Positions 14,511 to 41,100 of a stretch of DNA of 64,000 nt are shown piece after piece; position 1 is the stretch's first letter; each line of letters begins with the position of its first letter. This DNA comes from Macrostomum lignano. Its lineage: Eukaryota. The translations under genes and the position numbers were made by a program. Where the stretch lies: the NCBI GenBank assembly GCA_002269645.1, contig NIVC01003482.1, positions 31,920-95,919 of the forward strand. The letters run 5' to 3'. The notes beneath the pieces were generated by a model, which did no database searches, was not told the DNA's origin, and saw only the letters and a program-made list of their open reading frames with translations.

Positions 14511-15391
14511 ATATATTTTTAATTTTGTCTTTCCAAGCTCCATGTGTGTGTTAGACTGGTCATGCAGCCCAGGGCAACCGCACAAACAGCCGCTGATTGC
14601 TAATTTAATTTGCGGCCATATACGCAATTTGGGGGGGCGGCTATCAAAACATGAGCCAAAGAAAATTTCTCTTCCAGTCAGATGGTTTTTCTGACCATCG
14701 CTGGGGACCTCACTAATTAATACTGCGGGGGTATAGGATGGCCGCACTTTGCCAATAACAACGTTTGGACATTGCTGCTGGACAAGAAAGTGCATCCTCA
14801 GATGCAAGTGCACCGGATGACATTTTAAGCAACGCATATTGATCAGTAACCAATGCTTTTGGATAACTATAAATATCCCGTGCAAGGCTCCGACGTTAGT
14901 TAAAGCTTCTAAAACATTTTTGGTATCGAAATTTTTTAATTAAAAGCGCATTCAAAATAAACTTATTCAGACACAAACGTGAAAAGTAGTGGCGTGCAAA
15001 ACATTCGTTTTAATTTTAAACAATATATACAAAATTTGTTTTACGAGAAGTCACTCGATACAAAATTGAGTGACGATTCATATTTAAACAATAGGGGAAA
15101 TCTTGCGTGACGTTGGTGCTATGGTGACTCGAAATTGATTTCACGGCAGTTTTGAACGCAACTACGAGTATGTCAAATAGCGGAGATGAAAGGGTAAAGT
15201 TTTTTATCACTAGTTATACCTATCACAATTATTGTTTGCTGAGCGACGCTTGAGAATACAATGGAGTGGCCATCGAATAATACTAGAAACATACTAGGAC
15301 TTTTCCATCACATCAGCCTACTGCATAGCAAAAGCAAGTGGAACGAATCCCATTGGCTCAAGCAGATGAGCCAATGAATTACAAACTAACT
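14511..15391 (+). repeat. 881-bp direct duplication, copy 2; ends 132 bp upstream of the GPCR ATG
   Basis: Matches 5652..6532. Confidence 0.95.
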
Positions 15392-15523
15392 AAGCTACTG
15401 CGAAAGAATTTTATGAGTTGGACGGACTGACAGGATCTTTTTGCTAAGAGGATGCAATAAACGGACTGCAGTCGACTGCTAATCAATCTGTAAATCATGA
15501 CCAAGTGATTTTTTGACGCAATA

Positions 15524-28678
<13,155 letters not shown>

Positions 28679-28934
28679 ACTAATCCCATGGACAGCTGAA
28701 GTACAAGGACGCTGCACTTGCGAATCAGTTGTAACTCTCGCTTTAGGCAGGTTTTCGTTGCAAAATGCATTGGCGTGGCAGAAATTTTTGCACTACAGCT
28801 AGCAGGGACAGAAACAGCTGATATTTCACCGGAACTTTGCTTGCTTGCCGCGGTCTCCGGTTGCAGCAGCTCAGGAAAAATACCTTGCTTGCTTCATCTG
28901 GAAGGAATTCCAGAAGGTTAGACCTTTGGAAGTT

Positions 28935-29385
28935 AGCACTGGGGGGATTACTGAGATGTCAAGGCTTACTGGGGGAATTGCTGAGATGTCAAGGCTTACT
29001 GGGGGTATTGCTGAGATGTCAAGGCTTACTGGGGGTATTGCTGAGATGTCAAGGCTTACTGGGGGTATTGCTGAGATGTCAAGGCTTACTGGGGGAATTG
29101 CTGAGATGTCAAGGCTTACTGGAGGAATTGCTGAGATGTCAAGGCTTACTGGGGGAATTGCTGAGATGTCAAGGCTTATTGGGGGAATTGCTGAGATGTC
29201 AAGGCTTACTGGGGGAATTGCTGAGATGTCAAGGCTTATTGGGGGAATTGCTGAGATGTCAAGGCTTACTGGGGGAATTACTGAGATGTCAAGGCTTACT
29301 GGGGGAATTGCTGATGTCAAGGCAATTACTGTGGGTATTGCTGAGATGTCAAGGCTTACTGGGGTAGTTGCTGAGATGTCAAACT
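28935..29385. repeat. 30-bp minisatellite (gggggaattgctgagatgtcaaggcttact) downstream of the GPCR stop
   Basis: About 15 copies. Confidence 0.95.
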
Positions 29386-30236
29386 ACTGTTTCGGTAAAC
29401 TATTTATTTTATTAACTAAATGCGATAGTTGAAAAATGATTAATTTTGATATTGCGTTTTTTGTAAATCTGTAGCCATTTTCATTGTTTTTAAATTGGAC
29501 GTCGCATATCATATCGTCTTAGCATATCCAATGTCTCCTGTGAAAATGTTCAGATGTTCGTTAAAAAGTATTTTTTTAATGATGAATCGTATAAGAAGTA
29601 ATTTGCATACTAATAGTAGTCAGACGTTTGCATGGATACATAATTCTAATTTATATAGTGCGTATAATATCGTTAATCTAATCTACAAATCGAAAAATGC
29701 AGCGATTCAATTATTCATTGCAAAATAACAAATCGCATGCAAATAAATTTAAGTAAACATCTTCTATCCATTTGATGTTGTTTATAACCAGGTGACATAC
29801 AAAAATGTGTTATTTTTCAAGTACTTGTGCACTTGTCGTCAAGATTGGAGCTGTTGTTCTTAAATACATCCTCAATGTCGTTGCGTTCGTGACTTTTGTA
29901 AAAAAAATTTAAATTGTAAATTCGTTTTGCGCAAGCGGGTGATTAATAAAATATGAGAAGGTTGAACTGAGAACCAACCGGCTCGAGTGTACATTCTTTA
30001 TTAAATGACAACTACTTGAAACAATACGAGTATTATACAAAAATAAATTCAGATTCACGAGTATATTTGAGCAAAGTGACAACGAATGTACAGCATAGTA
30101 CTACTGTTCTTTGGAGCAAAACAGCTATTTTTTAAAAGTTAAATTTGCAAAACTAAATTTACTGTCGAAAGCTTGTCGTTAAAAAGGATATAAAACATCA
30201 TTTTTGGGTCATATTTGCGGCGATTCTTATGTCAGA

Positions 30237-30955
30237 TCAGGGGCGATTCTTAGGTCAGAACAATCACGATTCTTAGGTCAGATCAAGGGCGATTCTCAGG
30301 TCAGATTAAAAGCGGATTTTAGGTCAGATCAAGGGAGATTCTTAGGTCAGATCAGGGAAGATTCTTAGGTCAGATCAGGGAAGATTCTTAGGTCAGATCA
30401 GGGAAGATTCTTAGGCCCGATCAGGGGAGATTCTTAGGTCAGATCAGGGAAGATTCTTAGGTCAGATCAGGGGAGATTCTTAGGTCAGATCAGGGAAGAT
30501 TCTAAGGTCAGATCAAGGGAGATTCTTAGGTCAGATCAGGGAAGATTCTTAGGTCAGATCAGGGAAGATTCTTAGGTCAGATCAGGGAAGATTCTTAGGT
30601 CAGATCAGGGGAGATTCTTAGGTCAGATCAGGGAAGATTCTTAGGTCCGATCAGGGAAGATTCTTAGGTCAGATCAGGGAAGATTCTAAGGTCCGATCAA
30701 GGGAGATTCTTAGGTCAGATCAGGGAAGATTCTTAGGTCAGATCAGGGAAGATTCTTAGGTCAGATCAGGGAAGATTCTTAGGTCAGATCAGGGAAGATT
30801 CTTAGGTCAGATCAGGGAAGATTCTTAGGTCAGATCAGGGAAGATTCTTAGGTCAGATGAAGAGCGATTTTTAGGTCAGATCAAGGGCGATTCCTAAGTC
30901 GGATCAAAAGCGGTTCTTAGGTCAGATCAAGGGAGATTCTTAGGTCAGATCAGGG
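30237..30955. repeat. 23-bp minisatellite (gattcttaggtcagatcagggaa)
   Basis: About 30 copies. Confidence 0.95.
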
Positions 30956-31532
30956 GCATTTGTTAGAACAGTTCCAAGGCAATTTGAATTGAGTCATGGG
31001 TCAGATCGGGTTCGAGTCACTGCCATATCCTTGGATAGCGAGGCCGGATAAGCAAACAAACAAATAAAAGCAAACTCGGTTTTACAACTAAAAGAAACGA
31101 ATGAAGCGCAGTTGAAAATGCATCAATAGACTCATGTCAAGTTATGGAAGAAGTTTTTAATTAGATTTGAAAGCAAAGCAACAGTTAAATGTAATTCACT
31201 CATAGCACCAAGTTAATTAAAAGTACTGTTAGAAAAAAAAACTTTACAAAAATAAAATTCTGTATTAACTAAGCGTACTGCAAAAACACAAAAGTTCAGC
31301 TTGCGACACTACATGTATAAGAATTCATATAGAAAATTTGCATAACTACCAAAGAAACCGTATGCACAGGTAAATGGTGAGCTTAACCAAAAGTTTACGC
31401 AATTTAATTAACACCGGAATATTTGTGATTCGTGATTAAACAAAAAACTGTTTTGTATTAATAGGAAATGCAAATGTTCAAATTGAATTATTGTTTAATA
31501 AGCTTTCTTGGCTGGGTCTGATCATCACTGTT

Positions 31533-32084
31533 TAGGGACGATTCTCAGGTAAGTTCAGGGGCGATTCTCAGGTGAGTTCAGGGACGATTCTCAGGTGAGA
31601 TTAGGGACGATTATCAGGTGAGATCAGGGACGATTCTCAGGTGAGATTAGGGACGATTCTCAGGTGAGTTCAGGGACGATTCTCAGGTGAGATTAGGGAC
31701 GATTCTCAGGTGAGTTCAGGGACGATTCTTAGGTGAGTTCAGGGACGATTCTCAGGTGAGTTCAGGTACGATTCTCAGGTGAGTTCAGGGGTGATTCTCA
31801 GGTGAGTTCAGGGGCGATTCTCAGGTGAGTTCAGGGACGATTCTCAGGTGAGTTCAGGGACGATTCTCAGTTGAGTTCAGGGACGATTCTCAGTTGAGTT
31901 CAGGGACGATTCTCAGGTGAGTTCAGGGACGATTCTCAGGTGAGTTCAGGGACGATTCTCAGGTGAGTTCAGGGACGATTCTCAGGTGAGTTCAGGGACG
32001 ATTCTCAGTTGAGTTTAGGGACGATTCTCAGGTGAGTTCAGGGACGATTCTCAGGTGAGTTCAGGGACGATTCTCAGGTGAGTT
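31533..32084. repeat. 23-bp minisatellite (gattctcaggtgagttcagggac)
   Basis: About 24 copies. Confidence 0.95.
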
Positions 32085-32169
32085 ACATGATGTTTATCCA
32101 AAAATTCTCAGAGCAGTTCAGGTGCCCATTATGTTGATAGTCCAGGGAAGATACCTCGAATACTTGCAA

Positions 32170-35100
32170 CTAATTTTTCCTGCGGATCCGATAGAACAGC
32201 CAGTTAACGGTGACGGACCAGTTGCCGGCTTTGGCTTCGTCAAATTTCTTGTTAAAATGCCGTTCGGCAGCCTGATCGCTGGCGTTGGACTGCAGACTCT
32301 CCTGGTGAAAGACAAACGAGCGATAGGTTTCAGGAGACTTCCAGGACATTTTTAGGCGATTTTAGTGACAATTTTAAGTGAGTTCAGGGACCATTTTTAG
32401 GTAAGTTCAGGGACCATTCTTAGATAGAGTTCAGGGACAATTCTTAGATAGAGTTCAGGGACCATTCTTAGATAGAGTTCAGGGACCATTCTTAGATAGA
32501 GTTCAGGGACCATTCTTAGATAGAGTTCAGGGACCATTCTTAGATAGAGTTCAGGGACCATTCTTAGATAGAGTTCAGGGACCAGTCTTAGATAGAGTTC
32601 AGGGACCATTCTTAGATAGAGTTCAGGGACAATTCTTAGATAGAGTTCAGGGACCATTCTTAGATAGAGTTCAGGGACCATTCTTAGATAGGGTTCAGGG
32701 ACAATTCTTAGATAGAGTTCAGGGACCATTCATAGATAGGGTTCAGGGACCATTCTTAGATAGAGTTCAGGGACCATTCTTAGATAGAGTTCAGGGACAA
32801 TTCTTAGATAGAGTTCAGGGACCATTCTTAGATAGAGTTCAGGGACCATTCTTAGATAGAGTTCAGGGACAATTCTTAGATAGAGTTCAGGGACCATTCA
32901 TAGATAGGGTTCAGGGACCAGTCTTAGATAGGGTTCAGGGACCATTCTTAGATAGAGTTCAGGGACCATTCTTAGATAGGGTTCAGGGACAATTCTTAGA
33001 TAGGGTTCAGGGACCATTCATAGATAGGGTTCAGGGACCATTCTTAGATAGAGTTCAGGGACCATTCTTAGATAGAGTTCAGGGACCAGTCTTAGATAGA
33101 GTTCAGGGACCATTCTTAGATAGAGTTCAGGGACCAGTCTTAGATAGAGTTCAGGGACCATTCTTAGATAGGGTTCAGGGACCAGTCTTAGATAGGGTTC
33201 AGGGACCATTCTTAGATAGAGTTCAGAGACAATTCTTAGATAGAGTTCAGGGACCATTCTTAGATAGAGTTCAGGGACCATTCTTAGATAGAGTTCAGGG
33301 ACCAGTCTTAGATAGAGTTCAGGGACCATTCTTAGATAGGGTTCAGGGACCATTCTTAGATAGGGTTCAGGGACCATTCTTAGATAGAGTTCAGGGACCA
33401 TTCTTAGATAGAGTTCAGGGACAATTCTTAGATAGAGTTCAGGGACCATTCATAGATAGGGTTCAGGGACCATTCTTAGATAGAGTTCAGGGACCATTCT
33501 TAGATAGAGTTCAGGGACCAGTCTTAGATAGAGTTCAGGGACCATTCTTAGATAGAGTTCAGGGACCAGTCTTAGATAGAGTTCAGGGACCATTCTTAGA
33601 TAGAGTTCAGGGACCAGTCTTAGATAGGGTTCAGGGACCATTCTTAGATAGAGTTCAGAGACAATTCTTAGATAGAGTTCAGGGACCATTCTTAGATAGA
33701 GTTCAGGGACCAGTCTTAGATAGAGTTCAGGGACCAGTCTTAGATAGAGTTCAGGGACCATTCTTAGATAGGGTTCAGGGACCAGTTTTAGATAGAGTTC
33801 AGGGACCAGTCTTAGATAGAGTTCAGGGACCATTCTTAGATAGGGTTCAGGGACCAGTCTTAGATAGAGTTCAGGGACCATTCTTAGAAAGAGTTCAGGG
33901 ACCATTCTTAGATAGAGTTCAGGGACCATTCTTAGATAGGGTTCAGGGACCATTCTTAGATAGGGTTCAGGGACCATTCTAGATAGGGTTCAGGGACCAT
34001 TCTTAGATAGGGTTCAGGGACCATTCTAGATAGGGTTCAGGGACCATTCTTAGATAGGGTTCAGGGACCATTCTAGATAGGGTTCAGGGACCATTCTTAG
34101 ATAGGGTTCAGGGACCATTCTAGATAGGGTTCAGGGACCATTCTTAGATAGGGTTCAGGGACCATTCTTACGAGCTAGATAGGGTTCAGGGACCATTCTT
34201 AGATAGGGTTCAGGGACCATTCTTAGATAGAGTTCAGGGACCATTCTTAGATAGGGTTCAGGGACCATTCTAGATAGGGTTCAGGGACCATTCTTAGATA
34301 GAGTTCAGGGACCATTCTTAGATAGGGTTCAGGGACCAGTCTTAGATAGAGTTCAGGGACCATTCTTAGATAGAGTTCAGGGACCATTCTTAGATAGAGT
34401 TCAGGGACCATTCTTAGATAGAGTTCAGGGACCATTCTTAGATAGAGTTCAGGGACCAGTCTTAGATAGAGTTCAGGGACCATTCTTAGATAGAGTTCAG
34501 GGACAATTCTTAGATAGAGTTCAGGGACCATTCTTAGATAGAGTTCAGGGACCATTCTTAGATAGGGTTCAGGGACAATTCTTAGATAGAGTTCAGGGAC
34601 CATTCATAGATAGGGTTCAGGGACCATTCTTAGATAGAGTTCAGGGACCATTCTTAGATAGAGTTCAGGGACAATTCTTAGATAGAGTTCAGGGACCATT
34701 CTTAGATAGAGTTCAGGGACCATTCTTAGATAGAGTTCAGGGACAATTCTTAGATAGAGTTCAGGGACCATTCATAGATAGGGTTCAGGGACCATTCTTA
34801 GATAGGGTTCAGGGACCATTCTTAGATAGAGTTCAGGGACCATTCTTAGATAGGGTTCAGGGACAATTCTTAGATAGAGTTCAGGGACCATTCATAGATA
34901 GGGTTCAGGGACCATTCTTAGATAGAGTTCAGGGACCATTCTTAGATAGAGTTCAGGGACCAGTCTTAGATAGAGTTCAGGGACCATTCTTAGATAGAGT
35001 TCAGGGACCAGTCTTAGATAGAGTTCAGGGACCATTCTTAGATAGGGTTCAGGGACCAGTCTTAGATAGGGTTCAGGGACCATTCTTAGATAGAGTTCAG

Positions 35101-38100
35101 AGACAATTCTTAGATAGAGTTCAGGGACCATTCTTAGATAGGGTTCAGGGACCAGTCTTAGATAGAGTTCAGGGACCAGTCTTAGATAGAGTTCAGGGAC
35201 CATTCTTAGATAGGGTTCAGGGACCATTCTTAGATAGGGTTCAGGGACCATTCTTAGATAGAGTTCAGGGACCATTCTTAGATAGAGTTCAGGGACAATT
35301 CTTAGATAGAGTTCAGGGACCATTCATAGATAGGGTTCAGGGACCATTCTTAGATAGAGTTCAGGGACCATTCTTAGATAGAGTTCAGGGACCAGTCTTA
35401 GATAGAGTTCAGGGACCATTCTTAGATAGAGTTCAGGGACCAGTCTTAGATAGAGTTCAGGGACCATTCTTAGATAGAGTTCAGGGACCAGTCTTAGATA
35501 GGGTTCAGGGACCATTCTTAGATAGAGTTCAGAGACAATTCTTAGATAGAGTTCAGGGACCATTCTTAGATAGAGTTCAGGGACCAGTCTTAGATAGAGT
35601 TCAGGGACCAGTCTTAGATAGAGTTCAGGGACCATTCTTAGATAGGGTTCAGGGACCAGTCTTAGATAGAGTTCAGGGACCAGTCTTAGATAGAGTTCAG
35701 GGACCATTCTTAGATAGGGTTCAGGGACCAGTCTTAGATAGAGTTCAGGGACCATTCTTAGAAAGAGTTCAGGGACCATTCTTAGATAGAGTTCAGGGAC
35801 CATACTTAGATAGGGTTCAGGGACCATTCTTAGATAGGGTTCAGGGACCATTCTAGATAGGGTTCAGGGACCATTCTTAGATAGGGTTCAGGGACCATTC
35901 TAGATAGGGTTCAGGGACCATTCTAGATAGGGTTCAGGGACCATTCTTAGATAGGGTTCAGGGACCATTCTAGATAGGGTTCAGGGACCATTCTTAGATA
36001 GGGTTCAGGGACCATTCTAGATAGGGTTCAGGGACCATTCTTAGATAGGGTTCAGGGACCATTCTTACGAGCTAGATAGGGTTCAGGGACCATTCTTAGA
36101 TAGGGTTCAGGGACCATTCTTAGATAGAGTTCAGGGACCATTCTTAGATAGAGTTCAGGGACCAGTCTTAGATAGAGTTCAGGGACCATTCTTAGATAGA
36201 GTTCAGGGACCAGTCTTAGATAGGGTTCAGGGACCATTCTTAGATAGAGTTCAGAGACAATTCTTAGATAGAGTTCAGGGACCATTCTTAGATAGAGTTC
36301 AGGGACCAGTCTTAGATAGAGTTCAGGGACCAGTCTTAGATAGAGTTCAGGGACCATTCTTAGATAGGGTTCAGGGACCAGTCTTAGATAGAGTTCAGGG
36401 ACCAGTCTTAGATAGAGTTCAGGGACCATTCTTAGATAGGGTTCAGGGACCAGTCTTAGATAGAGTTCAGGGACCATTCTTAGAAGAGTTCAGGGACCAT
36501 TCTTAGATAGAGTTCAGGGACCATTCTTAGATAGGGTTCAGGGACCATTCTTAGATAGGGTTCAGGGACCATTCTAGATAGGGTTCAGGGACCATTCTTA
36601 GATAGGGTTCAGGGACCATTCTAGATAGGGTTCAGGGACCATTCTAGATAGGGTTCAGGGACCATTCTTAGATAGGGTTCAGGGACCATTCTAGATAGGG
36701 TTCAGGGACCATTCTTAGATAGGGTTCAGGGACCATTCTAGATAGGGTTCAGGGACCATTCTTAGATAGGGTTCAGGGACCATTCTTAGATAGATAGGGT
36801 TCAGGGACCATTCTTAGATAGGGTTCAGGGACCATTCTTAGATAGAGTTCAGGGACCATTCTTAGATAGGGTTCAGGGACCATTCTTAGATAGGGTTCAG
36901 GGACCATTCTTAGATAGGTTCAGGGACCATTCTTAGATAGGGTTCAGGGACCATTCTTAGATAGGGTTCAGGGACCATTCTTAGATAGGTTCAGGGACCA
37001 TTCTTAGATAGGGTTCAGGGACCATTCTTAGATAGAGTTCAGGGACCATTCTTAGATAGGGTTCAGGGACCATTCTTAGATAGGGTTCAGGGACCATTCT
37101 TAGATAGGTTCAGGGACCATTCTTAGATAGGGTTCAGGGACCATTCTTAGATAGGGTTCAGGGACCATTCTTAGATAGGGTTCAGGGACCATTCTTAGAT
37201 AGGGTTCAGGGACCATTCTTAGATAGGGTTCAGGGACCATTCTTAGATAGGTTCAGGGACCATTCTTAGATAGGGTTCAGGGACCATTCTTAGATAGAGT
37301 TCAGGGACCATTCTTAGATAGGGTTCAGGGACCATTCTTAGATAGGGTTCAGGGACCATTCTTAGATAGGTTCAGGGACCATTCTTAGATAGGGTTCAGG
37401 GACCATTCTTAGATAGGGTTCAGGGACCATTCTTAGGCTTCTTAGGAGTTCAGGGACCATTCATAGGTGAGTGTATCTTAGGAAGTTTCAAGAGGAAGAC
37501 AAGAAACTCACAATCAGGTAATCCAAATCCGCCGTATCCTTGAGCTCGTCCAATCCGACTTTGACCATCAGGGCGAACAAGTTGAGCAGCAGGTCACTTC
37601 GCTGTCGAATAGCCATGTAGGCCCTGACGCACAGGTCTCTGAAGTGGGCATCGATATTCACGCTGCCAGTCAGCCTGCCCAGCTCAGTCAGCGCGTCCAG
37701 AAACTCCTGGGCCAGCACGAACGGCACCCGCTCCCGTCTGATGCCCAGCTTTGACTTGAAGTTGCCAAGAATATGGCCGAAGTCGATGTGGAAGAGGACG
37801 CCATTCTTCCTCAGCATAATGTTGCCGCAGTGCCGGTCACCGATGCCCAGAATGTAGGTGGCCACCGAGTAGCCGGCCAGGGAGGACATGAACCGGTGCA
37901 GAGCTGCCACGAGTTCAGCGTCTGTCCGGTTGTACTTTTTCAGGTAGGCGGTCACGCGGGATAGGCTGGGCTCGTCTGCACTATTGATGATCTTTGCCAC
38001 CGTGTCGGCGTCTTGGACAACCTGACGACAAGGGGGGGGGGGCAGATTGTAAGACAATTGCCAGAATTTGTAGCATCTATAATTAATAATAACTTTGGAA

Positions 38101-41100
38101 AATTTTAAAAATATTCTAACATTTTTGGGTATATCTAACCTTAACCTACGCTACTGTTAGTATTATTAGTCTGGTTTACGAAATTTGACACTTCCAGCCA
38201 TTTGATCGTCCAACCGAAAACGAAACCTAGCTTAAATCATAAACTCGTAAGCTAAACCCTAAACCCAAAATCATAATACAAAACCTTACCTAAATCTCAA
38301 AACTAACCCTAACAAACTAAACCTAAACCCTACTTAAACCTAAGCCAAAATCTAAACTCAAACCCAAACCTAACCTAAACTAAAAACTAAACCCAAAATC
38401 TAAACTAAACCTTAACCCAAATCTAAACCTAAACCCTATCCAAACCTAAACCCAAACATAAACTTTAACCTAAACCGTAACCTAAACCCCAACTCTAAAC
38501 CCAAAACCTACACCCGAACTTAAACCGCAACCCTAACCTAAATCATAATAAAGTAGATTATAGATAACCAAAATGGAAAGATACCCATACCCGGTAACAA
38601 CCGTAAGAAATCACGCATATTACTCTCACCTCAATGAAGCCTTTCCTATCGCCGCAGGTGACCACCTCGTACAAGTTGAGGCTGATGTCCAACCCACTCT
38701 GCTCCCAGACAAAAGACATGAGCCGCAGACAGTGCAGAATCAGCATGTCCTGTCGAAGGTCATCGCCGCACTTGAAGATCAGGCTGGTGATCCCGGAAGC
38801 TGTGTCATCACGGCTCCAGGCCAGCAGCAGGGGTCGCATCTTCGAGTCCAGCACCCGGCAGCGCTCGAGATCGGGCCGGCACAGCAGGATGTCCGGGTGG
38901 GCCGGCGACCACACGTTGCTGAGGGCTTCCAGCTGGGCCTCAACTCCGCTGCGCAGCTGCCGGGTGGCGTCTTCGATTTTCGAACGGCTGGCCTGGTAAG
39001 GCGCGGCACGGATAGTACACTGTCGGGCTTGCATTCCTGACACCCTCTGGTGGCATTCCTGACACCCTCTGGTGGCATTCCTGACACCCTCTGGTGGCAT
39101 TCCTGACACCCTTCTGGTGGCATTCCTGACACCCTTCTGGTGGCATTCCTGACACCCTTCTGGTGGCATTCCTGACACCCTTCTGGTGGCATTCCTGACA
39201 CCCTCTGGTGGCATTCCTGACACCCTTCTGGTGGCATTCCTGACACCCTCTGGTGGCATTCCTGACACCCTCTGGTGGCATTCCTGACACCCTCTGGTGG
39301 CATTCCTGACACCCTCTGGTGGCATTCCTGACACCCTCTGGTGGCATTCCTGACACCCTCTGGTGGCATTCCTGACACCCTCTGGTGGCATTCCTGACAC
39401 CCTTCTGGTGGCATTCCTGACACCCTCTGGTGGTATTCCTGACACCCTCTGGTGGTATTCCTGACACCCTCTGGTGGTATTCCTGACACCCTTCTGGTGG
39501 CATTCCTGACACCCTCTGGTGGCATTCCTGACACCCTCTGGTGGCATTCCTGACACCCTCTGGTGGTATTTCTGACATCCTCTAGTAGCATTTCTGACAA
39601 CCCTCTCTAGTGGCATTCCTGACAATCCTCTCTGGTGGAATTCCTGACACCCTCTGGTGGCATTCCTGACACCCCTCTCTGATGGCATTCCTGACATCCC
39701 TCTCTGATGGAATTCCTGACAACCCTCTCTGATGGAATTCCTAACATCCCTCTCTGATGGCATTCCTGACAACCCTCTCTGATGGAATTCCTGACACCCC
39801 TCTCTGATGGAATTCCTGACAACCCTCTCTGATGGAATTCCTGACATCCCTCTCTGATGGCATTCCTAACCGCCCTCTCTGATGGAATTCCTGACAACCC
39901 TCTCTGATGGAATTCCTGACAGCCCTCTCTGATGGCATTCCTGACAGCCCTCTCTGATGGAATTCCTGACAACCCTCTCTGATGGAATTCCTGACATCCC
40001 TCTCTGATGGAATTCCTGACATCCCTTTCTGATAGAATTCCTGACATCCCTCTCTGATGGAATTCCTGACACCCCTCTCTGATGGAATTCCTGACACCCC
40101 TCTCTGATGGAATTCCTGACACCCCTCTCTGATGGAATTCCTGACACCCCTCTCTGATGGAATTCCTGACAACCCTCTCTGATGGCATTCCTGACACCCC
40201 TCTCTGATGGAATTCCTGACCGCCCTCTCTGATGGAATTCCTGACAAGCCTCCAGTAGCATTCCTAACATCCAGCCCTGCTATATTTGAAGTCATTAAAG
40301 AACAGAAATTAATCTAATTAAGTACCTTAGAAGCCAGTCCGCTCAGCCGCACAGCCAGTCCAATCTGATTGCCCAGGTACTCCAACAGGCTTGAAGGAGA
40401 GAACAGCAGAAACGCTTCTAGGAAGATTCCCAACCTATGCTGACTGCTGTCGCAAGCGAGCATCTCAGCTTTCACCAGATAGTACAGGTGGTGACCGATC
40501 TGGCGATTGCTGAACGCTTTGCGGAGTAGGTACCTGATATCAGATGGAGTTTGATGAGGCTTGTTTTTTTGTGTTCAACAGCATTAAATACTACTGACTG
40601 AGAGTAAATGGATTTGATGTGGGGATTAGTTGTAGAGAGTCATTTTAGAGTCGCTGTAGGTAACACAGGTCAAATAGGAAAGAAGTGACTCTAGAGACGA
40701 CTCTAAAACGACAAGATGTCACGGTACAAGTCGCCAGAAAATCGTCAAAGAGTCACATAAGAGTCGATTTGAAGCGTTTTATTGTCAGCGACTCTGGGAC
40801 CGTAGGGTCGTTCCTGAGGCATTGCCAAAGTCGCTGCAGAATCACTGAGTTGCGTCAGTTTTTGAATTAGAGAATCGCATTTCGAATTTTTATATTATAT
40901 CAACTCTATTTCGTCACGGTAACGATTTCAACGGGAAGAAGCTGTAGGGACCTATATTGATTAGTAAGGGGGATCTGTGAAATTACTTGGACGTCTAAGT
41001 GTCGTAGGCCGCAGGGTGTCAAACTATGCCTGGCAGCTCTCAAACACTGAGGCACTCAAGGCTAAATACAAGAGCTCAGGTCTCACCTGGCCAGCGCACT

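Noticed and set aside
32397-36477. Long MVPELYLR-repeat ORFs
   Set aside because: They are translations of a 24-bp intronic minisatellite; the real PI3K splice joins 37512 to 32301
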